Notes under the pieces: model-generated
Told to the model about the DNA's origin: nothing
The model's input: the letters and a program-made list of their open reading frames with translations, nothing else
Databases searched by the model: none
NCBI RefSeq assembly: GCF_004010195.1
Contig: NC_057750.1
Location: 8,036,084 to 8,100,083, forward strand
Source: Chiloscyllium plagiosum
Lineage: Eukaryota
DNA: 64,000 nt
Direction of reading: 5' to 3'
Shown here: piece by piece, positions 13,296 to 28,439 of the stretch
How the letters are laid out: every line of letters begins with the position of its first letter
Numbering within the stretch: position 1 is the stretch's first letter
Program-made: the position numbers and the translations under genes

Positions 13296-14514
13296 CTAAA
13301 GAGAGAAAAGTAAACTGGTGAACTGAAGTGGTGTCATCTTTTTGACTGAATTAGTGCCCATGGGAAAATTTTACAGCAACCTTACATGAGAAATACCAAT
13401 GAAACCTTTTTACTCTTTATTACTTTGGAATGTATGCTCCCCTCCATTTTGTTTGTGCAACATATCTGGCTGCAAGGCCCAGTAAACAAATTGTCCCCCA
13501 GCCTGTACTAGCGTTTTGTTGATCCAGACTCACAGGAGATTAGTTATGTTGGCAACTCAATCGAGTTGGGGAAACAGAACTCACATCTCACTGCTCGATG
13601 AGCCCTATGTTCTTTATCTTCCTCCTTTCTCCTCTCAAGCAGCTGCCAACACATTCCGTGGTCTCGTTCCTTGGGTGTCCATAACCTGATGTGAACCATT
13701 AGACAGTGTGTGTAATTGGGCTATTAATCTAGAGGTGCCCTGCAATGGAGAATGATACTGTCTGTAACCGATATCACTGGATAGCAATTGAGCATGGAAG
13801 AACAAAATAAACACTTCCATTCCTCATCCAGGCGTATCTAACCAAAATGAAGCTACGTGCACTGTTTGGAATTAACCATAATAGCTCAGACGAGAGTTCA
13901 AACCGAGAATGTTGTTAACCTTCATGGTCTAGCAGAATCTTTATAGGATTTGAAGGAAAGCAGTAAGGAATTAGGTGTATAAATTGCAAGTAGCAAACGT
14001 CCCATCACTAATATTTCCAAACCATGCCTAGTGGATTTTCATTAGACGAACAAGGATAAAAGTGTTCCATTGAGCTGGGTTTAATATATTCTAACAGTTG
14101 GAGGTTGTGCTGAATTCACTCGAGCACAACATTTCCAATAATTGTTTGGAAAAGTGCAACCAGCTGTCCAATGTTTTTATTTAAATTAGCATACACCTCA
14201 TAAATTGGTTTTCAAAAGATGATATGGAGGTAACAGCGTTGACAACTGGTTGACTAATTCTTTCAAGCTGCCCTTTGGAATTGTGTCAGAATTGAATTTC
14301 TAGTTGGCTTGGATCTATACAACTAAGGACAATTGAGAGAGTTTCTCACATTGAAAGGAAGTATATGGCTCAAGCATCAAATGGGCATATCACATATACA
14401 TGTACACAATGAGAAGGCTTTTTGAGCGACTCTTCACAACTGGACAGGATACAACTAAAAGAACATGAATCCTTGGCTTAAGTTTTCCTTTTTTTGTCAA
14501 TACAGGATCAGAAC

Positions 14515-15470
14515 ATCATAGTCATACAGCTGTACAGCATGGAAACAGACTCTTTGGTCCAACTCGTCCATGCTGACCAGATATCCTAACCTAGTCTCAT
14601 TTGCCGGCATTTAGCTCATATCCCTCTAAATCCTTCCTATTCATATACCCATCCAGATGCCATTTAAATATTGTAATTGTACCTGCCTCCACCACTTCCT
14701 CTGGCAGCTCATTACATAAACACACCGCCCACTGTGTAAAAAAGTTGCCCCTTATGTCCCTTTTTATATCTTTCCCTTTTCACCTTAAACCTGTACCCTC
14801 TAGTTCTGGACAGCCCCACCCGAGGGAAAAGACCTTGGGTCTATTCACCCTAACCATGCCCCTCATGATTTTATAAACCTCTAAAAGATCACCCCTCAGC
14901 CTCCGATGCTCGAAGGAAAATAGCTCCAGCCTCTCTCTACAGCTCAAACCTTTAACCCCACCAACATCCTTTTAAATCTTTTCAAGTTTCACAACATCCT
15001 TTCTATAACAGGGAAACCAGAATTGAATGCAGTATTCCAAAAGAGGCCTAGCCAATGTCCCATATAGCCACAACATGACCTCCCAACTCCTATACAATAA
15101 ATTCTTCTGCAACCCTACATTATTGAAAAATCACACTTTATAAACAGTGCTTAAAGTGTTGGCGCTGTAATCGTATTACAGCCAACACACGTTTTAAAAG
15201 TTTGTGCTGTAGAAACAGCGTCCCCAATTCGCCAATCAAGTTACAGCGAATTTGCATTGATGAAACACGTGTTATAACAGAATGACTGCACTGACCAATA
15301 AAAGCAAGCATACTAAATGCCTTCTTCATTATTTTGTCTATCTGCGACTCCATTTTCAAGGAACTATGAACCTGCACTCCAAGGTCTCTTTGTTCAGCAA
15401 CACTCCCCAGGACCTTACCATTAAGCGTTTAAATCCCGCCCTGATTTGCCTTTCCAAAATGCAGCAACAT
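14515..15470 (-). mobile_element. CR1 LINE 3' fragment interrupted by a ~190-bp insert
   Basis: Typical CR1 tail (catacagctgtacagcatggaaacagac...) and RT remnant MQVHSSLK...KKAFSMLAFIGQ. Confidence 0.82.
15094..15290. mobile_element. Possible non-autonomous DNA transposon (MITE-like) inside CR1
   Basis: Unrelated sequence splits the CR1. Internal palindrome gtgttggcgctgtaat...attacagccaacac. Right end gttataacagaatgactg is TIR-like; left end degenerate. Confidence 0.4.
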
Positions 15471-15636
15471 CTTTCAACACCTTTGAGCTTCCCTAAGCAA
15501 CCAGCTCATGTGCACTGCCTTCTGTCTGAATCTGTACTATGTTGGTATCAAGACTTACTGCTCTGTTTCCGACTCAAGCTAATTAAAAGAAAATTCTGAC
15601 GTTGTTCAAGGATTAAGACGTGATCCACTCAGGAAG

Positions 15637-15762
15637 TCCTGATGAATGGCTTATGCCTGAAACATCGATTCTCCTGCCTCTGGGATCTGCCTGACCAAGT
15701 GTGCTTTTCCAGCATCACACTCTGACTCCGATCTCCAGCATCTGCAGTCCTCACTTTCTCCT
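15637..15762 (+). mobile_element. Hammerhead-type PLE mini-element, degenerate core
   Basis: CTGATGAATGGCTTATGCCTGAAACATCG followed by the family body and tail cagtcctcactttctcct. Confidence 0.75.
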
Positions 15763-15969
15763 AATTTTCAGATTTCCCTAGTCTTGATTTAGACAGGTAT
15801 TTCTTACCTTGTTATTAGACATTGCTGATCAAGCTGAATATTACAGAATTGATCATGGATAACCCTCCTTACCTTTTGAGAGAGGGAAAGTCATCAAAGA
15901 AGCAGCTGAAGATGCTTGGGCTGAGGATACCTCCCCGAGAAACACTTAGTGAATTCCTGGGACAATGAC

Positions 15970-16430
15970 GACATGCCTTTGATAACTATGACCATGCCTT
16001 TTTGTACCAGGCAGCTTATTTAACCTTTGATGCCCCTTACATTAATTTTGCTGGTCTTCCTCATCACCATTTCCAGTTAAAAACTGTCTTAATGTTGGAG
16101 ACAGTTACTTACACCCCTCTTCTAGTATTCAGTGCCCACTTGCGGACTAAGACTACAATAAATTTCAGAACCGTATGCTTCCAGTGGAATCGGAAAGGAA
16201 CAATTGATAGTGAATCAAGGTTGCTTGATGGAACTATTTTTGATTCTTTCCATCGCTTTACTGATGCTTGGGAGGAGGCCGATAAATGGTTGAGTGATAT
16301 TTCTTCTGGTCTTTGTAGATAGGACACAGCTGGGCAATCTTCCACATTGTCGGGTAGATGCCAGTATCTTAGCTGTACCAGATCAACTTAAAGGAGTGGC
16401 TAGCTTTGGTGCGCAAGGTTTCAGGGCTAT
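15970..16430 (-). mobile_element. Degenerate non-LTR RT fragment (L2/CR1 group)
   Basis: Minus strand gives remnants such as CAPKLATPL and GLLPSISKAMER, resembling the RT N-terminal segment (CAPELA.PL...RPISLL..ISKVME). Confidence 0.5.
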
Positions 16431-18479
16431 TCTTTCTCAGAATATTAAAACTGGGGGAGCTCCTCACCTCTCAAAGGTTTCTCTCTTGCAGAAAGCAAAG
16501 CAAAAATGTGCACAAACCTACTGACCACTTCATTCACAATCTCTCCTCATTCTATCCCTAATGAGATCCTACTGTATGGCCTTGACCTATTATTGAATTT
16601 GGTTAATAAACAACATACAGGCAGAAGTCCCTGCATTCGCAAATGTTTACTTGTATCTTTGGGTGCCAGGTCCATATAGAGTTCAATTTGAAATTGATGG
16701 AGGCCACCAGTGAAGCAGACTAACACTCCTTAAACATATTTTTACACTCATACAAGATAAGCAAGTTTAAAGTCTGTATTTATTCCGCTCTCAAAATTCT
16801 TAATAGGAAATATGATAGTCCCAGAAGGTCAAAGGTAAAGGAATGTTTCAACTCGAAGGTAGACATTTTTGATCAGATATAACTGTAATCCAGAAAAATT
16901 CCATTGATCTTTGAAACAAGTCTTTGAAAGGATGACTGATTATTCATTATTTTATGAGAAGAAAAAGTGACTTTAATTTCAACTTGCAATAAAGAGATAT
17001 TGGGTAGGTAAGCTGGAAAACAGGAGACTTAACCAGTCTTACTCTGCCCTGCCCTGATCTAGTTGTACTATTACAGGCAGCAAGGACACCTCCCAAAGAT
17101 GGTGCAGAGTTCAATTTAAATATGTAAATTCATCTCTGATGACACCTTCAGGAGCTTGATAAATCATTCTAACATTAGGCCAGGAGTTAAAAGTCCAGTT
17201 GACGCTCCTTGGATTCTAGCTTTTTGAGTATCCCCAATTGTAACTGCTTCATATTTGGAACCTGCACTTTAGCTGCCAAAGCACAGGGCTCTGGAATTTG
17301 ATCCCTAAACCTTTTTTGCCTCTTTTCTTCTTGTATTCCTTAAAACCCAACTGTTTTGTTCAAATCTGACTTGATGGGTTTGATGCCTATGTTGAAGCAC
17401 TTTAGATTGTTTTATTGGGTGGAATCTTACAGGGGTCTGAGTGACATGAGCTATGGTGAGATTTGTGGCAGAATCAGACAAGATACTCAGTGAGGCTGAT
17501 CTTGATGTAAGATACATCTTGCTGTATCTTTTATGCTTTCTCTAAATGGTGAGGCCAGTCTCTTATTGATAGCGGTATGTTGCCAATTAAGGAGATAATA
17601 GTTTTTTTTTAAATGCCTTTTGATTGCCACAACTCAACTCATTTATATTCAGCCTCATACTTTACCAAACATTTTGAACAAGGTAAATGTCAAGTATTCA
17701 ACATGGAATTACTTCCAAGAATCCTCATGGCACATCTTATACCACACTTCTGCATTTTAATGCTGCACTGGTGACTATCATTGTAAGGGCTGCCACAGGC
17801 ACACACTGAACTCAGGGTCACACAACAAGCTCATGGATTGGACAAGGCTCAGGCCTATTTTCTTGCTGTCATAGCTCTCATTCACTCTGTGTCTACCTGG
17901 ATGCTCACAGCATACCTCACCTTTGCCTCACCTTGCTCTTTTGTGGTTTGCCCCTCAGCCAGATATACGAAGCTCATTTTTTTGCTGTTTAGCGCAGACA
18001 CAAAGGCAAGAAGCTTGACAGGGTCGGCAGCAGTCCTCAGTCAAGTCAAAGGAGATAGCCTTCATATGGTGTGCTGACATAGTAAGTTAGTGGCACCATC
18101 TGATACCAGTTCAGAGGCTTGGTAATAGTCAGCCAGCCAGCCAGGGTGATCAGAGGCAGGATGGAGAGAGAAACTAAATGGCTTCCACCCATCTTGACTC
18201 TTTCTGCTCCACTGTTTTCCTCCTGGAGTGAGAGAGAGGTAGGTATTAAGGGAGATGAAAGTGGGTGGCCACTGAAATGCTGAGGAAGCATCCTAGCAAG
18301 TGAGGAAGTGATGCAGAGGACATGCAGAGTAAGCACTGACAGGGATGGTGGGGTGAGAGTGAGTGAGGAAAATGTTGTAACCTATGGCGAAAGTGCTGAA
18401 GTATGAGCGTTGGTGGGGGATGGTTGCCATAGCAGGGTTAGAATGAGTGTGAGGAATTGGAGAGAAGATTCTGGCACAT

Positions 18480-20545
18480 CACAGAAGTGCTACAGCACAG
18501 AAGGAGGGCATTTCAGCTCATCATGCCTGCACAGGATTAAGTTAAATGGGTATCATTAGTTTGTGCCAATCTCCTGCTTTTCCCCATACCCTTCCAACAT
18601 TATTTTCATCCAAATAATCACTCAATACCCTCTTTAAAGCCTCAACTCAATCTGCCTCCACCACACTTCCAGGCAGTGCATTCCATACCTTTACTACTCA
18701 TCAAATGAAAATGTCTTTCCTCACTTCAACTATGCTTCTTTTGCACAGTATTTTAAATCTACACTCTCTTGTTCTTTTTGCAAATGGTAACAGTTTCTCT
18801 CTCTATACTCTGGGCAGCCCGTTCAAACTTCAGATCTCCTCTCAGTCTTCTCTCTCCAAGAGCAATCTCAACTTGTTCAATCTATCCTCAAAAAAGTTTC
18901 TCATTCCTGTAAACCACTTTTACACTCTCTCCAATGTTTTCACATCCATCCTATAATGTGGCACCCAAAGCTATGTACAATATTTCAGCTACTGTCTAAT
19001 AAACATTTCACACAAGTACACTATCACCTCTTTGCTCTTATACTCCATGCCCTTCTTAATGAAGTGGAGGATACTCCATGTAGAATAGCCTTCTTACACT
19101 GGCAAAGTGGGGAAGGTCATTGACTTTCTTCCTCCATTGCTGTGTATACCTCCAAACAAACTACAGGACACTCTAGACTGAGTTATTGTTCCCATGCACA
19201 ACAGGCTTTTAAAGAAGATGCAGTTACAAGAGACATTCGTTTTTTTTAAAGCAGATATCCGATGGCAACTTGTTCCAAGAACAGTGCATAGTAAGACAAA
19301 GGATATCACTGGGGTGTGGTAGTTAGTTAATGAGGCATGTTTTATCAGATAAAGCAAGAAACCTTGCAGGGTCTCATTGCAAGAATCCCTCCAAAAACTG
19401 ATGGAACTCTCACTTTGCCACTAAAATGGAAGCCTCAACCCATTATCTTTAAGGCACCATCTAAACACAAGCCCTTGTTATAAATAGATCATGTTTTGGA
19501 CATTGATATGCAAATATCATTTATGAGCAGGAGTGGGCCATTTGGCTCCATGGGCCTGCTCTGCCATTCAGTCAGGTCACAGCTGATTTGATTACTTAAT
19601 GTTCCTGCCTCCTCCCAATATCCTTTCACCTTCTTGCTTATCGAGCATCTGTCTAACTCTGCCTTAAAATATTCAAGCACTCTGCTTCCACCATCTTTTG
19701 TGGAGGGGAATTTCAAAGACTCGCAGCCCTCGGAAAAAAAGAAAATCTCACTTTATCCTTTCTTAAATAGGCAACTCCTTATTTTCAAATAGCGATCCTT
19801 AGTTGTACGTTCTTCACAAGAGAAAACATCCTTTCCACATCATCCTGTCAAGAGCCATCAAGTGTTTCAACTTCAGCGGTTATAAGCTTAGCACATCCAA
19901 ACTTTCCCAATAAGCCAGCTCAACCATTCCAGGTATTAGTCTGGTAAACCTTCTCTGGATTAATTCCAATGCATTTACATCCTTCCCTGAACAAGAAAAC
20001 TAGTGTTCACTTTGCTTTCATGTCCTTACAACTGCCCTCATTTAAATGTTAAAAAGTAGTCTCAGACCCACTCCTCTCCCCCTCAAACTAACTTAAAATT
20101 CAATCTCATTATGGTTGCTCATTATGTGTCTTCACTCTGTTATCATTAATTAATCCATATCTACATTACCATTGCCCATCTGATTTTTCTAGTATAACTT
20201 TAGATTAAGATCATTCATGATCATCACCATATCTTTCTGACAACTTCCCATAATTCCCTCCTTTATGTTCCATCTTAACATAAGAATGTTAGGTGGCCTG
20301 CACACCACTCCCACAAGACATAATGCCTTTGTCATTTCTCATCTCTATAAAAATCACTTTTATATCCTGGTTTTCTGAATTTAGGTCATCCTTCTCTGTT
20401 GAGCTAGTACCAGTAGTAGTTAACAGAGCTACTCCTCCACCTTTTCCTAGCTTTTTAACCTTCCTAAATATCATATACCCTTTAATATTCAGGTCTCAAT
20501 CTATCATGTTATCCTATAGACACACATTTGTAATGGCTATCATTT
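18480..20545 (-). mobile_element. Cluster of old CR1 fragments including an endonuclease remnant
   Basis: 3' tails near 18480 and 19500; IFRKVKKLGKGGGVALL (20289-20474 ORF) is an APE-endonuclease motif. Confidence 0.65.
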
Positions 20546-21239
20546 CCATTGGTTCATTAGGTTAACAGTTTAAGTTTCACATAGCCCTCCAGCACATCTC
20601 AGTGGCAATTAGTTAATAAAAGAGTGGAGACAGCAAGCTGTTTGATCACAAATGAGTCAAATCTTGTACTCCTCTGATGTCCACCTGTGAGTAACAGATA
20701 ATGGATGATGATCAGGACCTGTAATAATGGTTGGTCCTTCACCTTGAGAGCAAAAATGGTCTCAACTGTTCACTTGACTCAAATCGCTAACTTAAGGCAG
20801 GACAAATTAAGACATATATTGATATCTATTCATACTGACTGCAGCATTTTTCTGGCTAACTCCAGATATTCTTACTGTGATATCAGTTTGTCTACAACCT
20901 GCCTTTGACCTGTTTTCCATATAATTACAGAGCAACCTTGATTATCTGAATATTGGACTATACAGCAAGATCCTAAGATCCCGATGCTTGGCTAAACCAT
21001 GTTATGCAGCTTTCGATTCTCCCGAATTCAATTAACTGAATGAAATACTTCCTACCCACGTCATCAGATAATCCAGGTTCCTGTGTATTACAAAATTTGG
21101 CTATTTGCTGATAACATGACAAGGGCAGTAGAAATGGAGGCACATGCCTATCAGTGATTACAGGTTTGTAAGAGTGACAGTTTTCTCTTCTTCAGCCAAC
21201 ACAAACTTTTGGCATCATTTGTTTTCCTTTACAATTCAA

Positions 21240-21560
21240 GTGCTTTTCAAATTTAGAATTTCCAAGAACGTTTTGGATGGCAATGAGCCAAAAACCCAAA
21301 AGGACACCTAATGTCTGCTTCATTGATGCTCACAAGCATGGCAATGAAGACCCCTAAGTAATAATTTCATACCTGGGAGATACTAACTAATGATAGAAGG
21401 GAATGGGAACATCACCTGTGGGCGAGCAGCTGCCACCATGATGATCAGTGGACACATAGGCATGGTAAAAACAACCATCTACAGCAACACCCAATAACCA
21501 TTTTATATGAGGCTCTTGCAGCAGAGCTTGTCTCTCTTCATTGGTCTTTTCACCAATCAG
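21240..21560 (+). mobile_element. Highly degenerate RTE-like LINE 3' fragment
   Basis: Remnants resembling the RTE C-terminus (…HTWE.L.NDRREW…). Confidence 0.35.
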
Positions 21561-24500
21561 CAAAAGTGCACCTTAAGAAACTATCCCCCCCAGTGAATTT
21601 GCTGCACATCATCATCTCTCACAGACAGAAAAATATAGACGAGTATGCAATTCAGAATGAAAACTCTTTTTTGTTACCAAGACATATCAAGATTTGCTCT
21701 AATACAGGGTTTCCCAAAGTGGTACTGCAACCCCATCAGGATTATGAGCCAGAGTTTTGGGGTTACAGGCTCCAAGCCAGCAATAGCTGCCATGCATGTG
21801 CCAAAATGGTTCATCTTTGAGGCCTACCCCTATCCTGAAAACTCCAGTAGAAAGCCAGGTACTTCTTCCCTTAAAATCCTTGCAGTTCTAAATATCATCT
21901 CCCAAATGCCAGCCTTCCCTGGTCTGGGATCATGGCAATTTTCAAGCCTCAAACAAAAAGGATCACAATGGGGAGAAAAATAGAGAGATACTGCTCTAAT
22001 ATATTTCACAATTGCTTATGTTTACTTCCTCACCCAAAGGCCACCTGCTGCCTTTCTGGTATTCTGCTGCTGGAGAACAGGTTACATCAGCAAACTATTT
22101 GTGTCTATAGCATTCACTGCACTCCACCCTTCTAATCATGAAGAACAAGTTGAGCTGGAATGTGTTATATAGAAACTAATGGATATCTGGAAATAATTAT
22201 AAGTCAAGGGTGTCCAATAACAGAGTGAGCTCAGGGCTTTAATCAGACTGAGGGATTAAAATGCACAGTGAACTGCAAATTATTTATAACCTTTGCCTGA
22301 ACCCCAATATTAGAATATGGGCTTCAATCCACTGCTTGCTATCTATTGCCTCCAAGTGAAGTTTTAAAATAAATATAGAAAGCGAGATGAATTTATTAGG
22401 AGTGTTTTTCAACCCAGTTTCCTCACCTACTGGAGGTTCTGAACTGTAATAGGCAATTATCCCAGATGTTGTCTGTCATCTTCTTCATCTCTAGTTTTGA
22501 GATATTCAAAGCAAACACATTCTTGGGACATGGGTTTTAGACAACGTTTTCAACTTGCAACAGCCACTTTCAACATCATACTCACTCTTACAACACTTTG
22601 GCCATACAATTCATTAAGCAACATGTCGTTGGAATTCCAGTATCCTCCCCACACAAGCTTTGAATGTAATCCCTTCAGGCAGAGATTGTATTAGAGTGAG
22701 TCCTATTCCAATTCAATCATTTGCATGCAATACCCAAGATTTCACGTCAGCAGTAACATTGCAATAATTGGCTACAGCATGGAAGTGGGAAGAAATCAGT
22801 CAAGATTCGTACTTCTGACTTCAATCATTTTGATACTTCTGCAACTCGTATACTTGTGACCAGCAGGAGTGATAGGATTGAGCCATTCAGGCTCTTGGGG
22901 TTCTGCTAACCAATATTACATTGTTCCACATTTATCCACCTTTGGTCAGTTTCTCTTCATATCCTTATCCAGCAAGAAAGATGTGATAAAATTTCAACAT
23001 CTGTCCCTTTTAACATGAACATATACATTTTGCATTGCTTGGACCTGCTGGTTAATCCTCTGAGAAATGCTCTTAATCATTTGTAACAAGATTAAGGAAA
23101 AAGTACATGTTCAAAAGAAATATTTAATTGAACATGACACTGACCCCACCCTTCTCCCTAAACAAAATAACTGCACATACACACACCCTATTCTTTCAAA
23201 TCCCTTAGGTAAAATACTTTGTGGGTGTTCAGAATTTAGTGTCTAATTAAGTGCAACATTCTACAGATTAAGATAATACATGCCTGAACACTGTCATTAC
23301 TTAAACATTTTTCAATGGATTGGATTTTAGTTCATCATTTAAGACGTCACTTTGTCTTAGCCTGAATGCACCTAATTTGCCTAAGTTTAATTTTAATAAC
23401 TATGTAAGTGGCTGGGTGGTTTATTCACAGCATAAGAAAATTTTATTTCGCAATGTTTAGGATTTTAAAAAAATATATAACTGCCACAACACACAAACAT
23501 GAGTAAGCCTTTTAGCCCTTTAACCTGATCTACCAGTCAATAAAGGTCATGGCTGATCTGCAACTGAACTCTAAGCTATACCTTTGCCAAAGTCCTTCAA
23601 TACTTTTGGTGAACAAAATTCTTTCACTGTTATTCAAAATTAACAACTGATCTCACATCAATTTGATGGAAGAGTTCCAAATTTCTACTGTTCAGTAGTG
23701 TTTCCTAATTTCATGCCTGAAAGGTCTGGCTCTAATTTTTAAACTTTATCTTCTTGCTCCCAACTCCCTAACTAGTAGAGAACCATCTGTTTCATCCTAA
23801 AAAACTTGACAGTTGTGATCAAAACACTCCTTTACTGGTGTTCTAAGTCCTGCGGAAAACAGCACTAGATTTTGAGATTTCTTGTACTTTAACCCTTAGA
23901 GTGCAAAAGTCATTCTGGTACACCTATGTGTGACTTAACTGGGTGCTTTGTGTAGCTGAAGCATTACTTCTATCACCTCATGTTTTCATTCTCAAGGTAG
24001 AAAGGCATTATGCTGTTAACTTTATTAAAAAATTATTTCCATATGAAGCTTTCACTATCTATCCACATAAATTGTGTGACATCTTTCTGATTGGGCTTGA
24101 GAATAATTGTTTAGGTTGAAGTGGAAGTTTTTAGATTAAGCACCTCGACATCCTGATATTCAATTCTGATCACTGGGTTTTTCTCTTATTATTTGAACAA
24201 CTGGTTAAGCAAGCTGCTTAAAGCTGTTACAATGCAGTGGCAATGCAAATGTTGTCATCAATAGGATGCTGATATCAGTTCAAAACATAACTCTGCCTAC
24301 CACATAATTCAGTGTTATCACGCATACATTTCAATGTGAGTATAATTCTGGGTACAAAGGCTGCTTGTCCCAATGATTGGCCAGTTGAATCACCTCCTTT
24401 TGGTTCTTTGGAACAGGCAGACTCCAGGTAGTATTCAACCATCCTGAACTTGTCAAACCCAATCTTTTATTCAAAGTGATTGCATGAATGGGCAGCACTT

Positions 24501-27500
24501 GCTCAACAACCCTGAGTGTGCTAACAACTATATAAACAACCAAATTAAAATGAGTCAGGCCTGTTATATGGCTCATTTCGGCTTGCTAGAAGAAAATGCA
24601 TTCATACTCAGGGATCCATTTAATGCAAGCAAAATGAATACATTCAAGTCTTCCATTTTTTTAATGATCCAGAAGCATAGGAAACCCACTCTACTGTTTT
24701 CTCCATGGTAAACTACTCAGTGGAAATTTTAAATTCTTATGTTTGCCCTGGTGAGGTGCAAGCTGAGAAGTTTTGGTAACGTCTCATTGTTTAAAAACAT
24801 TCAAGCACAATAATTTTGTAGATCCATCATAAAGTCCAACCTGGTAAATCACCCTTTAACTGCCAGATTACAATCAATCAGTCTGTTCTGCATTCCCACT
24901 TGATTGCTGATACTGACTGTTTGTTTTCTGATAAATGTACAAACTGAAAATTACATTTTATTTTGCTCAAAAACTGCATGAATCCATGTAAGATTCTGTG
25001 ATCCATGTAAGATTTATATAAGATATCTGGTTGGCATGGACAAGATGGACCGAAGGGTCTGCTTCTGTGTTGTATAACTCTAGGATTCTACAACTCTAAA
25101 ATTCATTTGGCCAAAAGTAACAACACACTAAACACCCATAACATTCATTTAAAGAATAACTGTGCTGCTGTCAACAACTACAATATTTGATTATTCTGAA
25201 TTGGTTAATTCAACATGGCATTCGGTTTTGGCTATGCTGAAAAAAAAAAGTTTACACCTTTGCAAGTACAAGAATTGGATAACAGCTTAGGTCCTTCATT
25301 TTTAAGTAAAAGCATTAGCCAGCTCTTCTTTCCATTTAAATATTTCCATTAAGTGTTGGCACTGATCAGGAAGTCCTGTCTGCTAACTCAGGGGCCCAGG
25401 ACACAATGCTGCTGAAGTCTCTAATTAGGCTGGTGGTTGGTAATGTAGGGTGGGAGAACACTGTTTAAAACTAGGAAATCCTCAGGAAAAGCAACAACAT
25501 CCTTAAAAAAATAGCCCTGGAAATGGATCCCATTTTAGTTAAAACTTTTAAAATTATTTCCACCCACTTTTGGAATAAATGAATTAACAGTCCATTTCTA
25601 AATTTCAGAAATAAAGACATAGCAATATTTAATTTAGTGTACTTTTTTTTTAAGAATCAGGTTAAGATGTGTGAACATAATGCTTTTTCGTTTTTAAAAT
25701 CCAGCATCAACTGTCCCAGATGATTCTGCATCAGCTATGACCTCAGCAGGATACTTCTATGGCATCCCCTTTCCATGATTCTATTGACTAACAGTCAGCT
25801 TTGTGCTCTTATGCTTTGGAAACAAGGGTGAACCTCACCATTTTTAGCCTGGAACTAGAATACTTAAATTATATTAGACTGAGCAAGACTTACACTTGTA
25901 TTTGGAAATGAAATTACAATGAGGTATTACATTAGAGATAATCCCAAATCATTCTGGAATATAGAGTTACCCAAGCTGTTGAAGGATATGGTGAAAATGG
26001 GCATAATTTACAACATGTACATTCCCAGTGCAGATTCAAAATAAATTCAAGTAAAACAATTGAATTTATTCAAAATGACTTCAACTATACAAATAAAATT
26101 TATACTCCAACCTGAAAAATATTGACAGTTTATCAACAAATGCAACCCCAAGGCAGACTTGACAATATTGTGGAGCTAAATGCCTCCCTAACAGCACTGC
26201 AGTTGTGCCTACACTCAATGGATACAGCAGTTCTAGAGAGCTGTTCACCACCAGAGAAAGGGCGACTGGGCATAGTCAATAAATACTGTCCAGCCAGTGA
26301 TACTCATATCCCATGAATGAATCACAATCCTTTAAGAGGTTTACGAGAGTAGAGGGTTCCAGGATTATTCACCACCATGTGCAAATCAAAACATGTAATT
26401 CAGCCATACACCACAGAAGGAGGCCATTCAGTGATTGTGCCTATGCTGGCTGTTTGAAAGAGCTATCCATTAAATCCCCATTGCATTGCACACGTCCTCT
26501 TCAATTCAATTGTCTCAAGAAAGGATTACTGAACTGCTTTTATTAAGCATTCACTAATTTATGGGACATGGGTGTTTGATGCTGTCCATCTTCTAATCTA
26601 TCCTGAGGAGATGATGATTACCTTGTGGTCTTTCACAGTCCATGCAGGTACAGTGCATAAAATCATGACTGATAACTCCCACATTCGCTTTTCCCTTAAA
26701 TTCCAGAAGTCTAAACATCTCTGTCTTGAATGTACTCAACTACTTCACACCTTCAGCTCTCTTGGGAACAGAATTTCAAATATTAATAGTCCACTGATTG
26801 AAGAAATTTCTTTATTTTTGTAAATAGTTGCCTCATTATTCTGAGTTTATGATCGCCAAAATTCCCGGTTAGGGCAATAGCCTCCCAGCATCTCTGTTGT
26901 TTTAACCCTAAAGAATTACATATACTACAACAAGATCATCACTTGTTATTCTAAACTCTAGGGAATACAGACCAATTCCCCATAACATCTCATTATAGGA
27001 TAATTCCGTCATCCCAGGTACCAGGCATATCAAACACTGTATGACCACATCCACTTGAAGACAAATTGGGCCTAGGATGAAGTCAAATTTATTCTTAATG
27101 TTTGTAACTGGGCAGAAGAAAATGCAGAACTTCCCCGAGAAACAAGAAGAAATCTGAGGGCAATAATTTCAAGGCAATGTGGATATTCCAGCTGACTATA
27201 TATGCAGCATGGGACAGAAGAAGCATATATACAGATCAACCACATATCACCCCTTTGCCAAGGTCCCATCACACTGGCAGAGAATAAGGTTATAATCATG
27301 GCTACTTTGCCTTTTCAAGAAATGCAAATGAACTGTGAAGGTAAGAGGTCTGACAATTCCCCAGATGTAGCTTCCTGATCTCTGATAATCCCTCAAAAGG
27401 AGATATTTTCCTTATGGATAGAGGAAAATCAAATATTTTACCGAAATTCAAAAGCTGCACAATCCCTAAAGAGCAGAGAAAGGTGCAGGTTGCCCACATG

Positions 27501-28439
27501 CATCAACAGTTTGAAAATCCATGTGGAAAAAATACTAACTTTTCAGTTTTAGGAAAGTATTGGAAATAAAATGAAAAATTGTTCCTATAATAATGATAGA
27601 CTTCAATTTACAGGAGAAGTTGGCTAAGATGCTTGCAGAGGCAAACAAGCATGGTGGTGATTAACAGACTGGTTACCAGTCTGTTAATCAGCACCATGCT
27701 TATAGATGTGGTACCTTTAACTGTGCACATCTCTGCAGAACTGTTTCACTAATCAGCCATTAGGTTCAATATGAAAACTTGACTCTTACTTTGGTTAGTC
27801 CAAATGTTATTGCTCTAGAACTGCAAATTTTAAATTCCTGTTTGAGCTCACCCAGTGACTATTTTATGTAATACCTATTAAATTATATAACTGAACCTTT
27901 CCAGTTCCAACTGGCTCAATACTTGGATCTCCAACATCCTCACTCTGACATTTTTCGTCTATACTCAATGGAAATGTCAGCAAGAATATTATATGTTCTT
28001 CATTGGCACAGTAGACAGTATCTTCCAAACCATGACTGCTACTGCCTAGGAAAACAAGAGCGACTGGCATACTACCCTGCAACACTCACTCTCAAGTCAC
28101 ACCCCCGCTCCAACTCACGTACACCATTGCCTCATTGTCAGTAGGAGTTTCACAGCTCTATTTCCAACAGAGTGTGAGCGTATTTCCACCATGTATACTG
28201 CAGTGGCACAAGATGGCAACGCACCATTACCCTCTCAAGTATAATCAGGGATGAGAAATAAACATTGGTTTCGCTAGCAATGCAATACTGCAACAAAAAT
28301 GAATTACAGGAAATAATTGAGACAAGTATTTAGATGTTTTCAAATGGAAACTTCAGGAGTGCATTGGAGCGAAGGGATCAGTGAAGTATATTGAAAGGCT
28401 GAGATGAGGTAGATAAAACATGAGAAAACTTGTGTGCAA

